Source of the DNA: Tubulanus polymorphus
Lineage: Eukaryota; Animalia; Nemertea
Assembly (NCBI RefSeq): GCF_964204645.1
Contig: NC_134031.1
Span: 17,533,807-17,597,806 of the forward strand
Direction: 5' to 3'
Length of the DNA stretch: 64,000 nucleotides
Part shown: positions 13,416 through 28,552 of the stretch, piece by piece
Numbering within the stretch: the stretch's first letter is position 1
How the letters are laid out: each line of letters starts with the position of its first letter
Notes under the pieces: model-generated
The model's input: only the letters and a program-made list of their open reading frames with translations
What the model was told of the DNA's origin: nothing
The model's database searches: none
Made by a program: the position numbers and the translations under genes

Positions 13416-14413
13416 GAGTACCAGCTATAACCCAGCCATATTGTGCGGAAAGGAAATCTTCGTGTTTCACAAGCAGTCGTAAAATCGTTTATTCACCGGT
13501 AATTCAGCGTCTGATAGATCGGCGTTAACCGCCGCTAAAATGATGAAACTGCGAGGATCTGCGATAGCCGTCAGCCTGCGAGCGTTACCGCTGTCAACCG
13601 CTTGAAATTACGGCCTGAACTGGTGGCATGCCTGGTCACGCTCTCCGCCGAGTCGATATCTCGCAGGGTCCCTTGTCTTCCGCGTTAGCTAGGCCTAAAT
13701 TACGATTACATGCATTCGTGACAACCTTCTTATTTACATTAGTCTAACAATTAGAATACATTCCGATAAGAAACTGTCTTTAAAATTGGTCTGTGGAGTC
13801 GTTTTTTTGTTCAAAATTGTTTAATTTGCTCTGTTCGATTAACTGATAAAAAGGCCTAATGACAATTCAATGAAATAATGTGTTCCATCAAAATTTCCCT
13901 TATGGATAGGACTTGTTTGTTTAAACATCAGTTTATGGGATATCAACATTTTGGGATGCCCTTCACTTAGCTGTCGCATCTATCCAGTTTACATTCTGCG
14001 TTGAGCTAGAGGGCAGGCTCTTGGGGTCCAGTTAGTTTCGCAAAAAGGAGAAATCATATTTTATCTATTACACACAACTGTGCAGAAAGAAGGCCTTTTG
14101 GTCTATAAGTAGGTCGTCTCAACATAATACTAGATGTAGCTAGGTTCAGTATACATTCATTGTCTGTAATGATGAGCTAAAGTTTTTAGTTCAGTATATC
14201 ATGCTTGAATCTGAATCAATTTCAAGGTAAACTGAATTAATGAGGAAACAAAATTGATATAACAATGACAGTGAATCCTTTTTTTGAAATCTGGCCCTGA
14301 TGAGTCTGGAGTCGGGTTGGGCGTCAGTTGGATGCCACAGCAATTTACTTTATAGTTCAATTATTTTCAGTTCATATTTCTTTACAGATATCTATCACAT
14401 AGTATATAGAAAG

Positions 14414-17400
14414 ATGGCAGAAACTTTGAAATTTGGTCCTGAATGGTGAGTACTAAAAAGAAACGAGCTGATCTATAGTTTTACAATACCAAAATTCATC
14501 AGCCAATTATAAAATTTCTTATGCGTTTATTATTCCAGGCTTCGTGCGCTGTCCGATGGGAACAGTGTCACCTCGCCCCCTCCGTCACCTGCGGGCGTGC
14601 CCAAGTATAAACTGGCAGAGTACCGCTACGGTAGAGAGGAAATGTTGGCGTTGCTCAACCCTGAAAATCACAAGAAAGTTCCCGAATCGCTTCGGAATTT
14701 TCCGACTATCGTCGTCGAACTGGTTCCCGAACCGATGGCGTATATTCCGCTGACAGAAGAAGAACAGGTAAATACGAAGTTCCATTATTCCATCAAGCAT
14801 TGGCCCATTTAGTTCCAGTTAGAATTTTCTTTTCTTTGAAAAAGTTAGGGAATCATCAGAGAATTTGTAACAAAAAGCTAAGAATCTGGGAAAAATTGTT
14901 GAGACGGCTAGATCGCATGTAAAATCAAACAGTTTCCATCTATGTCTTACATATTTTACTGTGATAGTCGATTGGGTTCTTAGCAGAGCGAGTCAGGGAA
15001 ATCAACGTGCATGTCAGGGAATAGTCAGGGGAAAAGCGAATCAAATAGAAGTGGTCGCCCGATCAAAATCTCGTCGGAAAATGTTTCAATCAACGTGTTT
15101 GCTTTCATCGGCATTTTTTAGAACCCGAGTTGAGCGTTTTAGAACCCCCTGGAACCCGCTATCGGCCGCTGTTCAGCTCTTTGAATTTTTTCTAGGATAA
15201 AACTTATTTCCGAAATTTACTTTCGTTTTCAGAGAATGATGACACAGTCGGTAAATAGTGCTGCAGTTTTACGTATAATGGGTAGAGGAGCTCCACCGAC
15301 CCGCGGAGGCGGTCGCGGTGCACCGGTTGAGAGGGGGCGAGGACGAGGTACCTACATCGAAACCCTCGAACAGGATCCTAGAAATTAACGTTCTGAAAAA
15401 ATCGTTCATAATATTCTAATGTTCATTTGATAGCTCGTGGACGTGGAATGGAAGGTGGTTTTTACGGGCGCGGAACGTCTTTGGATGAGGTCGGCGATGG
15501 CTCGTCGTTCAGCCGAGGTCGAACGTTCATGAGAAGTGAAAGTTGGGAGGAAGGGTGAGTGGAGAATACTGTAGCGTGTTTCTGATTGATTTCATCCATA
15601 GACATTTGTGAATAGTTAAAACTAATTCCAGTCTTGATGATTTGACACATTGACACTTTAAGTATCAAACTTTAAATTGATATTGTGAGTTTCTCTCAAT
15701 GAGCCCAGTCACTGTCTCTGTGAATAGTTTTCTGCCGATCGATTGTTTTTGTAATGATTCCGAATGCGGATAAATTTCAGACGCGAGAAGAGATTTCCAG
15801 AACGTACGTTTCCACCGGGTCGCGGCGGAAACACCGATGACGATCTCGTATCGCCGCGACGAACCGAGTTCTCGCGGTCGACGTCCGTACAGGATAACTG
15901 GAGAGATAAGAGCAGCGATAAAGACGTCGCGAAATCCGTCGAGAAAGATCCGGACGACGAGGGCGGCGACTGGAGACGTGCCGGTCCATCGCGATCGCAT
16001 GACAAATGGGGTGAGTAGAATGGAACCTTGTCTATTCGTGTTTCTACCAATTCTGGAATACTCCTATGGCACGTACGTTTCGACCAGCTGGAGTCGGATG
16101 ATTGTGAAAATGTGGATGACTTCAAAAAAATTCTGAAAAATCATGAAAATTAGTGAAAATTCTATCAAGTGTCTTGACAAAATATTTTTACCCTCTATAC
16201 TGTGGAGCTCAGGATTTATCCACAAGTTGTATTAGAAATTCAGCGGCCACCAGTTCATATACTGCGGTCTGTTGCCAGGGTTTGTTTTGGCGCGAGTTTC
16301 GGCGGTAGGCAATCAAACCCTGGCAAGCGATGGTGCCCCTGGACCAGAATTCGCTACCTATTCCGAAATAGCAAAATCTGTGAGAACCTGATAGAAATGG
16401 CTGGCAGAGAGTTAGTAATCGCTAAACAGCAACATATCTTATCGAAACCTGCTTTAGTTTAAGTGCCATGGAATTGGTTTCGTCATTATTGCATTCTTAT
16501 TCTCATTTGTAATCGTTGTAGGTAATCACGGCGGTAGTAGTTGGCGGGAACAAAGAGGACGCGGCGGTGAGGGTTCGTATCATCGAGGTTACAGCGAGGA
16601 CACCGGTCGAGGTAGTTACTCGCGACACGGTAGAAACAGTAATTCCTGGGAAGAGGAAGGTGCGTATGTTTTACTTTTATCGCGACGGATCTCGTTCGTC
16701 TCTATCGCATTGGATTAAAACGCGTGTGCGTATTTTTCAGACATGCCTGACTGGGCAATGCCTGATGCCGATGATGAAGATATCGGTACGTTCGATTCCA
16801 GCGGTGCTTTTATGTCGAAAAAGGTTTGTAGTCGTTGATTCGGATCGTTCTAAACGCAGATGAAAGCAGGGTGGCCACTAATCTGGAAAAGTCAGGGAAT
16901 CGGAAAAATCTAGAAAGAAAATCAAGGAAACTGAGGGAATCTACAAATTTGACCAAAAACCTGGAAATCTCGGGGGAATTTTGATAATGCTATTGACCAT
17001 GTGTTTCTTAATCGATACGTGATTCAGTGTAAAATGAAAGAATTGCAACGTACATAGAAAGTTCTCCGATTCATTTGGGGAATTTTGTGTAATCACATGG
17101 AAAGATGAGGGAAAACGCGGAAGAAGGCCACACTGAAATACCATCGGCGAGTAAATCCTGGAGGCCGTACACGTAAAGTCTGTTTCCTTCTGATTGTAGG
17201 ACGCAAAAGCGATCGCCCTCGAAGAGCAGAAGAACGGGGACGAGGATCACGATAGGGGGGAAAATAAATCTAATGGTGCTATTAATAAATCTAGTAAGGT
17301 AAGTTTTCATCTGACCCTTGTGCGAAACACACTCAGGATATTTTTTTTAAACCAAATTAGGCGGTTAGCGAATACGAAATTATTGTTAAGGATGAAAATT

Positions 17401-20400
17401 GTTTACTCGAAATTTGGAATTTTTCTCCTTTGAAACTCCTTGAAAACTCTTGTGTTGCCGGGAATGACTGATCTGAACGGACCCTGTCCTTGAGAACTAA
17501 ACATTTTTTGCATTCTTCGATTGTAGAGTCCGAGTGAAAAGCCTTCGGACGTCAAGGCTGCGAAGCCTTTATCTAAGGATAAAAACAGTCGTAATAAATC
17601 GGCGTCGACTACGGACTCGTCGGAGAAAAAACCTGTCGACGACAAGCAGCATAAGACTGTCGATAATGACAAAGATCCGGCGTCTGTGGATTCGTCGTCA
17701 AATAACAATAATAAAACCACTGCTTCGACGTCGAAGAAATCGGGCAAAACGAAACGCGACTCGACGAAAACGACGTCGGACGTTGACGCGACCACGTCCA
17801 ACAATAAATCCGCGACTAACGCTCAACAAAAACAACTACAATCCGGTCGCGGTGATCAGCAGACGGCGGCGTCTCAAAAACAGGCGAATAATAACGAAAA
17901 CAACGCGGTTAAAACAACGGTGAAAGAATCGAAGGACGTGAAGGATCCGTCGAGGCAGACGCAGTCGGAAAATCTTAATCGGGAAGAAGTGGCTCCTCGT
18001 CAGTCGTCTCCACAGCAGCAGCAGCAGCAGCCGAGCGCAAAACCTACAACGGATTCAATCGATTTACGGAAGAAAGTCGAACCGGAGGAGCCCGCGTTTG
18101 ATCATCTAGAGGCGGCAGCTGAAAGTCTTTTGGACACATTTACTGCTGATGTGAGTTGGTGCTTTGATTTTTTCCATGGAATTGTTGTACAGTAGACTCT
18201 CCGCACTCGGGACCAGTGATTTTCGAGTTATGCAATAATTTGAGCAATTGAATTCAATTCACATTCTGTTGCAATGTTATTGTTGCAAGATTATTGTTTG
18301 AGTTAAGAGTCTATTGTATGTATTAATAACAATATGTCTGTAATAGTCTCAAACTTTAACAGACAGGGGCTGCAGTTGCTCAAAAGTTGATTAAAGATTA
18401 CCAGCAGATAAATACCATAGTAACAATGAACTGTCACTATGTCGAGTAACTCTAACCAACTTTTGAGCAACTGGTCCCAGATGAACAATACAATTCAGTT
18501 CTATGATTGACTGATTGAGTCTGGTTTTACATTTAGTCTAATGTCTATTTATTAATTGATGAGACCTGTTTTTCTGGGATATTTTGCTTACTTTTTGGGG
18601 TACATACCTCATTTATGTCTTAACAGAATGCCAAAAATCGCGGACAACAACTGAATATCCGATATATTTCCAGTTCTGTACCAATTAGATGGATTGGCAA
18701 AAAGACTCCTTAAGTCCAATTGAATGAGAGAGAAAATCCTCCATTTTGTCAAATTTCTTGGATTTGAACATTGTTACCATGCCTACGCCACCCTGATTTA
18801 GTTGTTGAGACCCCACAAGAAAAATAACTTCATTTCGTAGGCATGGTGACAATGTAAAAATTCAAGAAATTTCACAAAATGGAGGATTTTCTCTCTCATT
18901 CAATTGGACTTAAGGAGTCTTTTTGCCAATGCATCTAATTGGTACAGAACTGGAAATATATCGGATATTCAGTTGTTGTCCACGATTTTTGGCATTCTGT
19001 TAAGACATAAATGAGGTATGTATCCCAAAAAGTAAGCAAAATATCCCAGAAAAACAGGTCTCATCCATTAATAAATAGACATTAGTCCACAATTCACCCT
19101 AAAATTTAAAACGAATTTTTTTAAAACTAGGAGGAGAAAAATGACGGAGCATTACCGTGGGATCACATCAATGCTAAAAAATGGTTTTACAGGGACCCTC
19201 AAGGTGAAGTGCAAGGTAAGTTGTTTTTACTCGTTTATAACTGAACTGAATCATCTTATACAAAATGTTAGTGAAGTTGTTTATCATTGAGCGATGATAT
19301 TTTCAGGGCCGTTCAGTAACACTGAGATGGCTGAATGGTTCAGTGCTGGATACTTCACGATGAATTTACTAGTCAAGCGTGGCTGTGATGTCCAATTCCG
19401 ACCACTTGGTGAGTTTGATTTGCGATTAACGATTTCAGATGTATTTGATTATTATAACTTTCATACTTCGATGGAATTTTTCCGAAAACATTTCATTTAT
19501 TGCGCATTCATGTTTCGTATTACAGGTGAAATTATCAAGCAGTGGGGACGAGTTCCATTCCTTCCAGAACCAACCAACCCTCCGAATGTAAGCATTCTGG
19601 TTGTCACTATTTCAGACTCAGTTATTGTATATTTGATACAGTGTCCCTACAAATTATTTAGAAATTTTAGCACGTAGTTGTACAGTAAACTACATCTACA
19701 TTGGGACATTTGGAACCAGGATCTTTTTTACCCAATTAGGCGGTTTTCGAATTAGAATCCGAGTTTAGTAGTGTAAATGATGAGAATTTGCTTACAAAAC
19801 CACCAATCTGTTTCCAGTCTGCCCCATCACCAACAATTCCAGTGACGTCATCAGATGCATCAAATAAATCAATGATGGCAGCTGCAGCTGCCGCTCAACA
19901 AGCCGCTCAGCAGCAGCAACTATTAGCCCAGTTGAGTCAGCTACCGGAAGCTCTACGACCTTACTATCAACAGCTGTTAATGGAACAAGCACTCCAACAG
20001 CAGAATTACATCAGGTTAGTATTTCAAAGTAGGAAGTATAGAAAAATATCTGCAAAGCAGCGATAACAGGTTTTTGTACAGCTGCTTCATGAATATTCGC
20101 AATGACAGCAATTATTGAAAATTGTTTAGTTTGGCTCAAGGAATACTGCCATATTTATGACCATTTGTCGTTTCATTTCCTTATTGGAGTGCTAAACTGT
20201 CATCTATATTTCTTATCTTCATATATAGTTTACATCCAAGTATCAAATTAGTATCAACATTTACTCTCAGATAGATTGATAGAGATAGAAACTAATGTAG
20301 GGCCTTGTAAAGAGCCTTGAGGAACCCCACTGAATACATCAGCCGGAGAGGACATAGCCGTCCTTTCCCTAATGACGAATTACATCAGAATTAGATAGCT

Positions 20401-23400
20401 GAGTTCAATCATCGCTGTATCTCAGGTTTCTATTATTTTTGTAGACAAATGCAGCTCATACAACAACAGCCCGGTACGCCAGCGGAAAAAATGGCCGCCG
20501 CCGCCTCTCAACAACAACAACAGCTGATGCTGCAGATGATGATGAAACAGAAGCTTGATCAGTTACTGCAGCAACCACAACAACCGGTGTCCCAGTCTCC
20601 ACAGCAACCATCGCCCGTTTCACAAATACCGCATCAACCATCTCAACAACAGCCGCCGCAATCTCAACAACAACAGCCTGTCTCATCTGCTGCTGGGTGA
20701 GTAAACTATTCAGTCAATCAATCATGGCTGAAATGTAGTAAATGGGTTGCGAGCATTTTCAAATTCTGTATTTTTTTTTTTTGAAGGCCGACGACAGTTT
20801 CAAACAGTCAGCAACCAGCAAACGATCTCTTACAGTCATTCTGGAACGCCACTTCGACTTCAGGTATGTTTAAGGGGTTTCAATTCAGTAACGGTAAAAT
20901 TGTGCAACAATTTGTTTGTGATGTTCGAAAGTTTTATCGTTTGGTTTAGGAATGTGGGCCGGAGCGACGCCCGGTGGGCCTGGTGGAAGTATTTGGGACC
21001 TCGATCCGAGTAAGGTAAAAACGTTGAAGGAAGTCGAACGCCTGCAACGAGAAAAAGTCGAAAAGGTATGAATCGAAAGTGGTGAACTGAAACTGCTGAT
21101 TTCACGGGAATGAACGTTTCTATTTCATTTTGTTTTCAGTCTTCTGACGAGGCGGCTCGTAGGCAACAGATTGAACTAGAAATGAAGGTAAGCAAAAATA
21201 GATTAGATAACAGGGAATTATTATATCGTTTGATTTTATCTAGACATGATTTCTCAATATTTTCTATAACATGAGGCACACATTGCGGGTAATTCGAGCC
21301 AGTCTCTATAATGTTATGTCGTTTGACTCTGGAAAAACTGGAAAACTCAGGGAATCAGAAAAATCGTATAAATAATCAGGGAATTTGACAGTTTTTTGCT
21401 AAAAAGAAAAAACTAAGGAACTTAGCAGATATTGTTATTGATCACGCATTTCTAAATTAATGAGATTTATGAAAAATGAATTATTTGTAACATTTCAAAC
21501 CAAGAAATTTCTCGGATTTTCTGTGAAAACATGGAAAACTTGGGGGAGAATTTAGGGAATTTGTTACCGGTAAGTGGCAGAAAGTGGTCACCCTGTTAAA
21601 GTGTGTGCGCGATACTTTTATAGCAAAGACAACAACAGCAACACGAAGAAGAATTACGACGTAAACGCGAGGAAGAAGAGAAACAACGCGAAAAAATGAA
21701 ACGTCTCGAAGAAGAGCGTCTGCTGCAACAGCAACAACGCCAACTTCAACAACAACAACAGGAGGAAGAAGCTCGACGAAAACAACTGGAGGAAGAAGAA
21801 CGCAGACGTCAGGAAGAGGAGAAAATTCAACGAGAACTCGAACGGCAAAGAGAACACGATCGACAGCGCGAACACGATCGACAACGCGAGATACAACGTC
21901 AGAAACAGATCGAAATGGAAAAACGCGAACTCGCAAAACAACAAGAGATCGGTGCGTGTTTAGTTAGTGCAGGGTCCTTACGACTCGTAAATTCCTTAAA
22001 AACTTCTTGAAGTGCTTGAAACTCTTTTGATTTGAGCGAAATGCCCAAAACTCCTTTAATTTTGAGAAATAGGGAGTAAGAAATGTTCGTAGTTGTAATG
22101 AAAACAGCCTAAATCTGTACAGTTGGGAGCAGGATTTTTTTACCCAATTAGGCAGTAACCAAATTAGAAATCGGTTTCATTGGTGTAGAGGATCAAAATT
22201 TGCTTACAAATCCACTGAATTGATGGTTTATTGAGGTACACATACTGATTTAGGAGTTGAGATGTTGTCGATTATGTTTCAACTCTGATTTCGTTTCAGA
22301 ACGCCAGAAAGAGATCGAGCAACAGAAAGCTGAAATGGAACTTCAACGTCAAGAGGAAATTCGTCGGCGACAGGTACGTACATCGTGGAATCTCGGCATG
22401 AAATGTATCGAGTTCTTCGCTTGATCTTTGCGTCCTACGCAATCACTGATTGGCTGAATGGTTCTGCGTGATCGTAGGTGATTTTTCTGAATGCGCGGAT
22501 TCGATGACTGCTTAACATCAGGAACCTCATTAAAACGAACTCATTGATATAATTGATGAAAAATTTCACATTAGAAATACCAGCAGCGTAGTGATTTCGG
22601 TGTTCGGTGTAATGAGGTTCTTCAGTTTGTTCGATATACTGATCTTTCCGCTTCAACTGCTTAATGAGTTCAACTTGGATGTTATTTATCTCGGAATCCC
22701 AGTTCCATTCTTGCGAGCGAGCTCATTTTCAACTAGACGGTAATGGTGTCAAAATTCATTTCAATTTCATTTCATTCCGGAGCCAAATTCAACTTACGAC
22801 ACGACTATAGAACTGAATCCAAAACCGATGATTCGTAGTAAAGGAATCACGTGTAGATATTCAAGAAACGATTGTCTTGTTCATATCATTTAGCTATTCT
22901 TTTGTAACCATAATCATGACACGGATATCTGTGATGTATTATTGCATGTATGCACAAAACCTAAACATTGAAGTTCGGGGGATGGTGGGCTGGGGTCGAA
23001 CAGTAACTATCTTTGATCTTGAACAAAAATCGATGGAGGAACAGATGAATTGATATCGACGACGATCTGCACTTATTGATTTTCATGCTGTCGTGCACAC
23101 GTATGAAGTAAAACAAGTGCGCATTTTAAATTTTAGGAAATGCAACGTCAACAAGAAGTGATGAGACGCCAACAGCAACAGCAACAACAGTTATCCAGAA
23201 TCCAAGTATGGACATATTTTTGCTGTTTAAGGCGGGGTGGACCGGGAGGAGTGTTTAGGGTTAAGTTAGGATCGATTCTCCTGGATATTCATGGGATAGA
23301 TAGAAAAAAGTTTTTTTTGGGTTGAAGAGGGAAGACGGGTTTAGCTTTTAAACTTAGTAGTGTGGAATTTATTGGGTTGACAGTGAGTTGGGATGGACCG

Positions 23401-26400
23401 GGCTGAACTTTGAATGGAATTTTCCTGGTTAGTCGGCTGGCCAATATTTAAATTTTCCTGGTTAGTCGGCTAGCCATTGCGGTCTCTTCCTAAAATACAG
23501 GGCCTGGTTTTATAAACTGGTATTACTTTAAACCCGGGGCTAACTCAATTTAAAATGAATTAATTTAGCCCCCGGGTTTAAGTTAATACCAGTCTATAAA
23601 ACCGGCCCCAGTTCTTTAGCGTAGATTTCTTAGTTGATGTCAGTATACATATGCCGCATCTATCCTATGAATCAAAAACAAATTATACATAGCTTGATCT
23701 CCGTTAAAATTCAGTCGAGTTCCACTTGTAAACGTCAGTTTTATTCAGCTATCTATGAGTTGGGCTCGCACTGGTATATTAGCTACTATATACGAATTCT
23801 ATCGTCTTGTGTGTTTAGAATGATATGAATAAACGGCTGCATCGGATCATTTTTCAGCGTATCTATGTCGGCAGTTTTCGTAACAACAGGAATAACAATA
23901 ACGGCGTGGGTTTTATTACGTATTTGTTGGCTGTCAGAATTCGTTTGAATCTTCGTTGTTGAATATTCCTTCGTTCGTTTTTTATTCGCTTTAAAAAAAC
24001 AAACAAACAAAAACTAACACATGTTTCGAGATGTTTGTATCGACTGCCTCTATGTACATACGACTAAAATGTTAATCCACGACAAAATCGATCAAAGCTG
24101 ATCCATCAAATATTTCTGAATAATTTAAATGTCGTTATATAGAGAATCCCATACTGGTATAACAAGAAAGATGGATTTCGGAAATATTCCTTTAAGCTTA
24201 TAATTTATTGATTCGACGTTTTGACTACAACTTAATAGTCTATCTACAGTTTCCTAAACATTCCGGAAAATGACTATTAGGTTATTGTCGAACACTTCAA
24301 ATCAATAAATTATTAGCTTTTAAGATACTTTTCAGACTTCATCTTTCTCGTTATATCAGTGTGGGATTCTCCATATATCGTCACAACACGGACGTTCTGT
24401 TTCATCGATGGTTTGAATATCGTCGTTGACCTGCCCGGTGTAAACGTTGGAATTGTATTGAGCGTGTATTTGCAGCTTCCATCTAGTGCGCAGTGGGCGA
24501 ATCAGATACCGACCAGTACGTCGTCAGTGTCGTCGTCGTTAGCTCAAATACAGGCAGCAGAGGAAAAAGAACGTCTCGAACGAGAGGAGGTACGAAAATG
24601 GAATTTGACTATTAATTTTGCAAAAAAAAAAGCCTGGCAAACTCGGGGAATTTGGATGTGTTATTTTTCTTCATCGATACTTGGTTCATGAAAAATGAAT
24701 AAATTTTAACACAAATTAAACGCAAAAACTCCTGTTATGACAATGAGAATTCAGGGAATTTGTAAATTGTCGGAAAGTGGCTGCCCGGGATAAGCATCAA
24801 GATTAGATTAGTTTTTATCGTGTCAGTTGTTTATGATGACACGAAAAGTCAAAATCTTCAATAATATATATTAAGAATTGGCTGAGAAATGTTATCTGCA
24901 CTTACTGCACATACTCATTTGATTACATATGACCTTATGAAAGAAACTCATCAAAGATCCATGTGCGTGTTTTTATACCAATCTTGTTTATTGCAGCGGA
25001 ATCGTATTGAAATGCAGCAGCGACAACAGGTGCATGCGATACAACAACAGATCCATCAGCAGCAGCAGCAACAGCCAAAAACATGGGGACCTGCATCACC
25101 AGTGGCTGCTAGGTATGTACTAACAAGACGCCTTGTTGAATGATTACGAGCTATGTAGGTAGATTTGTTAGTTTTCAATTTATCCCAACGTCTTGTTAAT
25201 TCTGATAATACCGTAATTACGGTCTTCAAAAATTCTTTGGAAAAACTTTGTACCAGAGGTACAACCAGTAGTCTTGAGTGTTGTTGATTGATTGTTTTGA
25301 TAGTAACAATGGTGCTAAGTCATTAATGGAAATACAGCAAGAACAGGCGAAACAGTTAGAAAAAGAACGAGGCCGACAAATGAAACAACAACAAACTAGG
25401 GTAATTAATATATACTAACAGTTCGTTCATTTTGATAGTTTAGTCATGAACAAATATGAGATTTGATTCAAAACATTTAAACATAGGTGGATGTGGACTT
25501 CAACGAATTGAATCTTATTTTCCATTGCAGGCAGCTATGTCACTGGCATCTGTTACGGCTTGGGGCAGTTCTGCCAACTCGGCCACCTGGGCGCAAGAAG
25601 GTGCTTGGGGTAATGCCGCCAAATCTCAGAACTTAGGTTTCTGGGACGATGCCGTGAACACCGTCAACAAGAAAAACTCGAACAAGATGTCCGGGGCCGG
25701 GTATGTCTTCTGCCCAATTAGAGGGAATATCTCTAAATTTTTGGATTGACAGGATTTTAATCGGTTGATTTCAATTTATTTTTCATTGCGCAGTGACTTC
25801 CCATCATTGGGAAAATCTAACACTAACACGAGCAATGCAGTGAACTCGAACCAGCAGAGCAATAAAAAGTCTAAAGCTTCTCAGAAAGAAGAGGTATGTA
25901 CCGGGTTCATGTATTTACATATTCCAACACTATATAGGCCACTGACTTGGAAAACCAGAAAAACTCGAGGAATCAGAAAATCTAAAAAGATCCCGCATAA
26001 ACTCGGGGAATTTAACTAATTTTGCAAAACCGTATAAACTCGGAGAATTCAGATATTTTATGAAAAATCAATAAATTGTAACATTCTAAACCAAGAAATC
26101 CCTTGGGATTTACTCGGGGAATTTTGTGTTGTATCATAAAAAAATGCGGGAATTTGAAGATTGGTGGAAAATGGCGCCACCCTGATGAGTAAACGCTTAT
26201 ATATTGTTCTAGGAGGCTGTGCAGAAACTTTTTAAAGCGTCGACTCAGAAACCTAAAGACGAATTTCATCAGTGGTGTGAAAATATGCTTCTCAGCATGC
26301 AGACATCCGTCGATGGTAAGACAATAGTTATTTAATATTTAGATGTGAAATTTAATCGAAATTTCCAGTTCACCATCGCGCTGTAACCTAACTTTCATCT

Positions 26401-27586
26401 CAATAAGTTGAATACCCACTATACAGATTTTAAAGATTAAAAACAAATTAATTTCTCAAGAATTGCAATCAAAATATATACATGACGTTTCGAACTCATC
26501 ATAGGTGTGAGGATGATTAGTATCTGTTCTCCCCCGTCAGAATGTGGCCATTCTACCAACGGCTTTCATCTCATTTCAGTCCCGACGTTTATTGCGTTCT
26601 TGATGGAAGTCGATTCCCCGTACGAGGTGCACGACTACGTGCGTTCGTACCTCGGCGAGACGAAGGAGGCGAACAACTTCGCGAAGCAGTTCCTCGAACG
26701 ACGCAGTAAACATCGCAACCACGCCAAAGTGTCGAAGGAGGTAATGTGGACATCACCTCGCTTCTATTATACTTGAGGTGAATCACATTTGCGTTACCGT
26801 AGTAAGGGCTCGTTCGTATATCATGCGTCGATATGATCCCTATGAGCTATGTCCAGACTATGGTAAAAAAAAACGAGTACAAGCGGGGTTTGATTCGTTT
26901 TATATCACTCGCCTCTTTTACTCGACGTTATATTCGATAACGCACGAAACCGGGAGAGGCTCGGGATGAATATTTGTGTTGAGAAATTATAGGTAATATC
27001 GCAGGTAACTGGTATGATATCTATCGAATGGCTTTCGTGCACGGGTTCGGTATTTCTTTCTCGACTGTATCACAGAGCTGCCAACTGTTCCTGATTTGCG
27101 GTATTCGTTACCATTTTATAACGAGAAATACTGATTTGATTTGTTTGATGCATACAGAAATATGAAAGACGTTACCGAGGGTCTTATTTTTGATTACTGA
27201 TTAATTTTAACATTTTCTTTCATATTTCAATTTGTTGATCTGATAGCATTTCTCAGAGGTTGGCAGCCCTGTTATTAGTTTATTTGTTTGCATTTACAAT
27301 TTTCTGACGATATCGTAGAATTGATGTCACAATATCACGCTCTAACTGTTTTCTGTTTCAGGATGCTATGTGGGGTCCGGCCCCGGCCATTACTCCTCGC
27401 GAGTTACGCAATAACGACAACGATGCCAAGTCGAAAGCGGCGGCAATGGCCGCCGCAAACGCCGCGGCCATCGCTGCCGGTAAGAAGAAAAAGAAGATGC
27501 AGAAAGTCGACAAAAGTTTCCTGGGGTTCACGGTGCACGCGGCACCCGATCGCGTAAACGTTGGTGAAATCGAAACCACCGAGTAA
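14414..27586 (+). CDS. GIGYF2: GRB10-interacting GYF protein (single GIGYF1/2-type gene), multi-exon
   Basis: Start [11 protein letters not shown]|LRAL; 4EHP-binding motif [11 protein letters not shown] (~14620); DDX6/Me31B-binding-type region PDW...[10 protein letters not shown] (~16745-16810); GYF domain [38 protein letters not shown] (19131-19560); Q/E/R-rich coiled coil; C-terminus [26 protein letters not shown]...[34 protein letters not shown]. Confidence 0.95.
18367..18477. mobile_element. Short MITE with CAG target-site duplication (PIF/Harbinger-like)
   Basis: CAG|GGGCTGCAGTTGCTCAAAAGTTG ... CAACTTTTGAGCAACTGGTCC|CAG. Confidence 0.6.
18538..19085. repeat. Foldback element: ~250-bp near-perfect inverted repeat with ~48-bp spacer in a GIGYF intron
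   Basis: 18538-18787 is the reverse complement of 18836-19085 (CTAATGTCTATTTATTAA...GCCTACG / CGTAGGC...TTAATAAATAGACATTAG) with only scattered mismatches. Confidence 0.9.
23501..23608. mobile_element. Short palindromic MITE with CAG target-site duplication
   Basis: CAG|GGCCTGGTTTTATAAACTGGTATTA ... TAATACCAGTCTATAAAACCGGCCC|CAG. Confidence 0.6.
24137..24413. mobile_element. Dispersed palindromic repeat with an asymmetric 3' tail (second copy at 59941-60200)
   Basis: ATATAGAGAATCCCAT...ATAAC(A/G)AGAAAGATG pairs with CATCTTTCTCGTT.TATCAGTGTGGGATTCTC; both copies continue with a similar ATCG.CAC.ACACGG...GTTTCA.C...GGTT tail. Confidence 0.6.
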
Positions 27587-28552
27587 AAAGGCAAAGTTCT
27601 TCTTCTTCGCTGCCGTTCAAAATCTATTTCTGATAATCATAATTATTATCATTATTATTATTAACCTGCATTTGGTTTGTTTTAAATGAGTTTTTATCGA
27701 ACGTTTAAACCGAAATTATCAATTGATGCGAATTATTGTAATATGATGCGTTTTTTTCCTCTTCTCTCTCGCGGGGTACCGGTTCGTAAATTCGTAAACG
27801 AAAATTGTACAAAGAAATTATCGATTATTAACGTTGGTTGCCGTGGTCGCGGACGATCCAATGATGAACAGTGTCTCGTTATGTGCTCGGGTGTGTATGT
27901 TTAAACGGAGTGTGTCCGCATTTCATGGTCATTTGTTACTTGTTAATCCATTTCATCGTAAATCGTCAATCGAGTCTGCGATTCAGAGCGATAAGTGCAT
28001 TGTATAGCCGTACATAATTAGACTCACAAAGAGTCTATGCATTTCTCTGGCTTTTTGGTTCTTATGCGAATATAAATGCATTCGTATCTGGACTAGATCG
28101 GTTGGCGTCATCACTGAGTGAGTGTGTGCGTGTGTGCATTCAATAAAGATTTTCAGTTATGTTCTGTGTACAGCAAAGTAAACTTCTGCGACTGGTCGTT
28201 CAATCTCGGACACTTTTCCATCAGAAACAAAAGCCTCCAAAGTTTTTAGCTTTGTGTCGTTATTATGCTCTTCAAGCGTTCTAAATTTTCAACGTCATCA
28301 GTTCAAATTAAGACCATGCACGGATATATTATCTTTAATAACGGTTGGCGCGTCTGCTGTGTTTGCCATGTGCTGAAAACGGGGCGGATTAGTCGATAAT
28401 TTGTCTCGGAACATGTAATATATAGAATGTATATTTTGTTAAGCTGATATATGACGCTCCTCCTCCGTTTGATTAAGCGCAGTCATTTTTTTCTCCTCTC
28501 CACTTCATAGCAATTCTGACGAATTGAAAATGCGCGAACGTGTGGATGAAAC

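Noticed and set aside
17403-21944. Long minus-strand ORFs (17403-17804, 20456-20686, 21481-21936, 21654-21944)
   Set aside because: Antisense shadows of low-complexity GIGYF exons.
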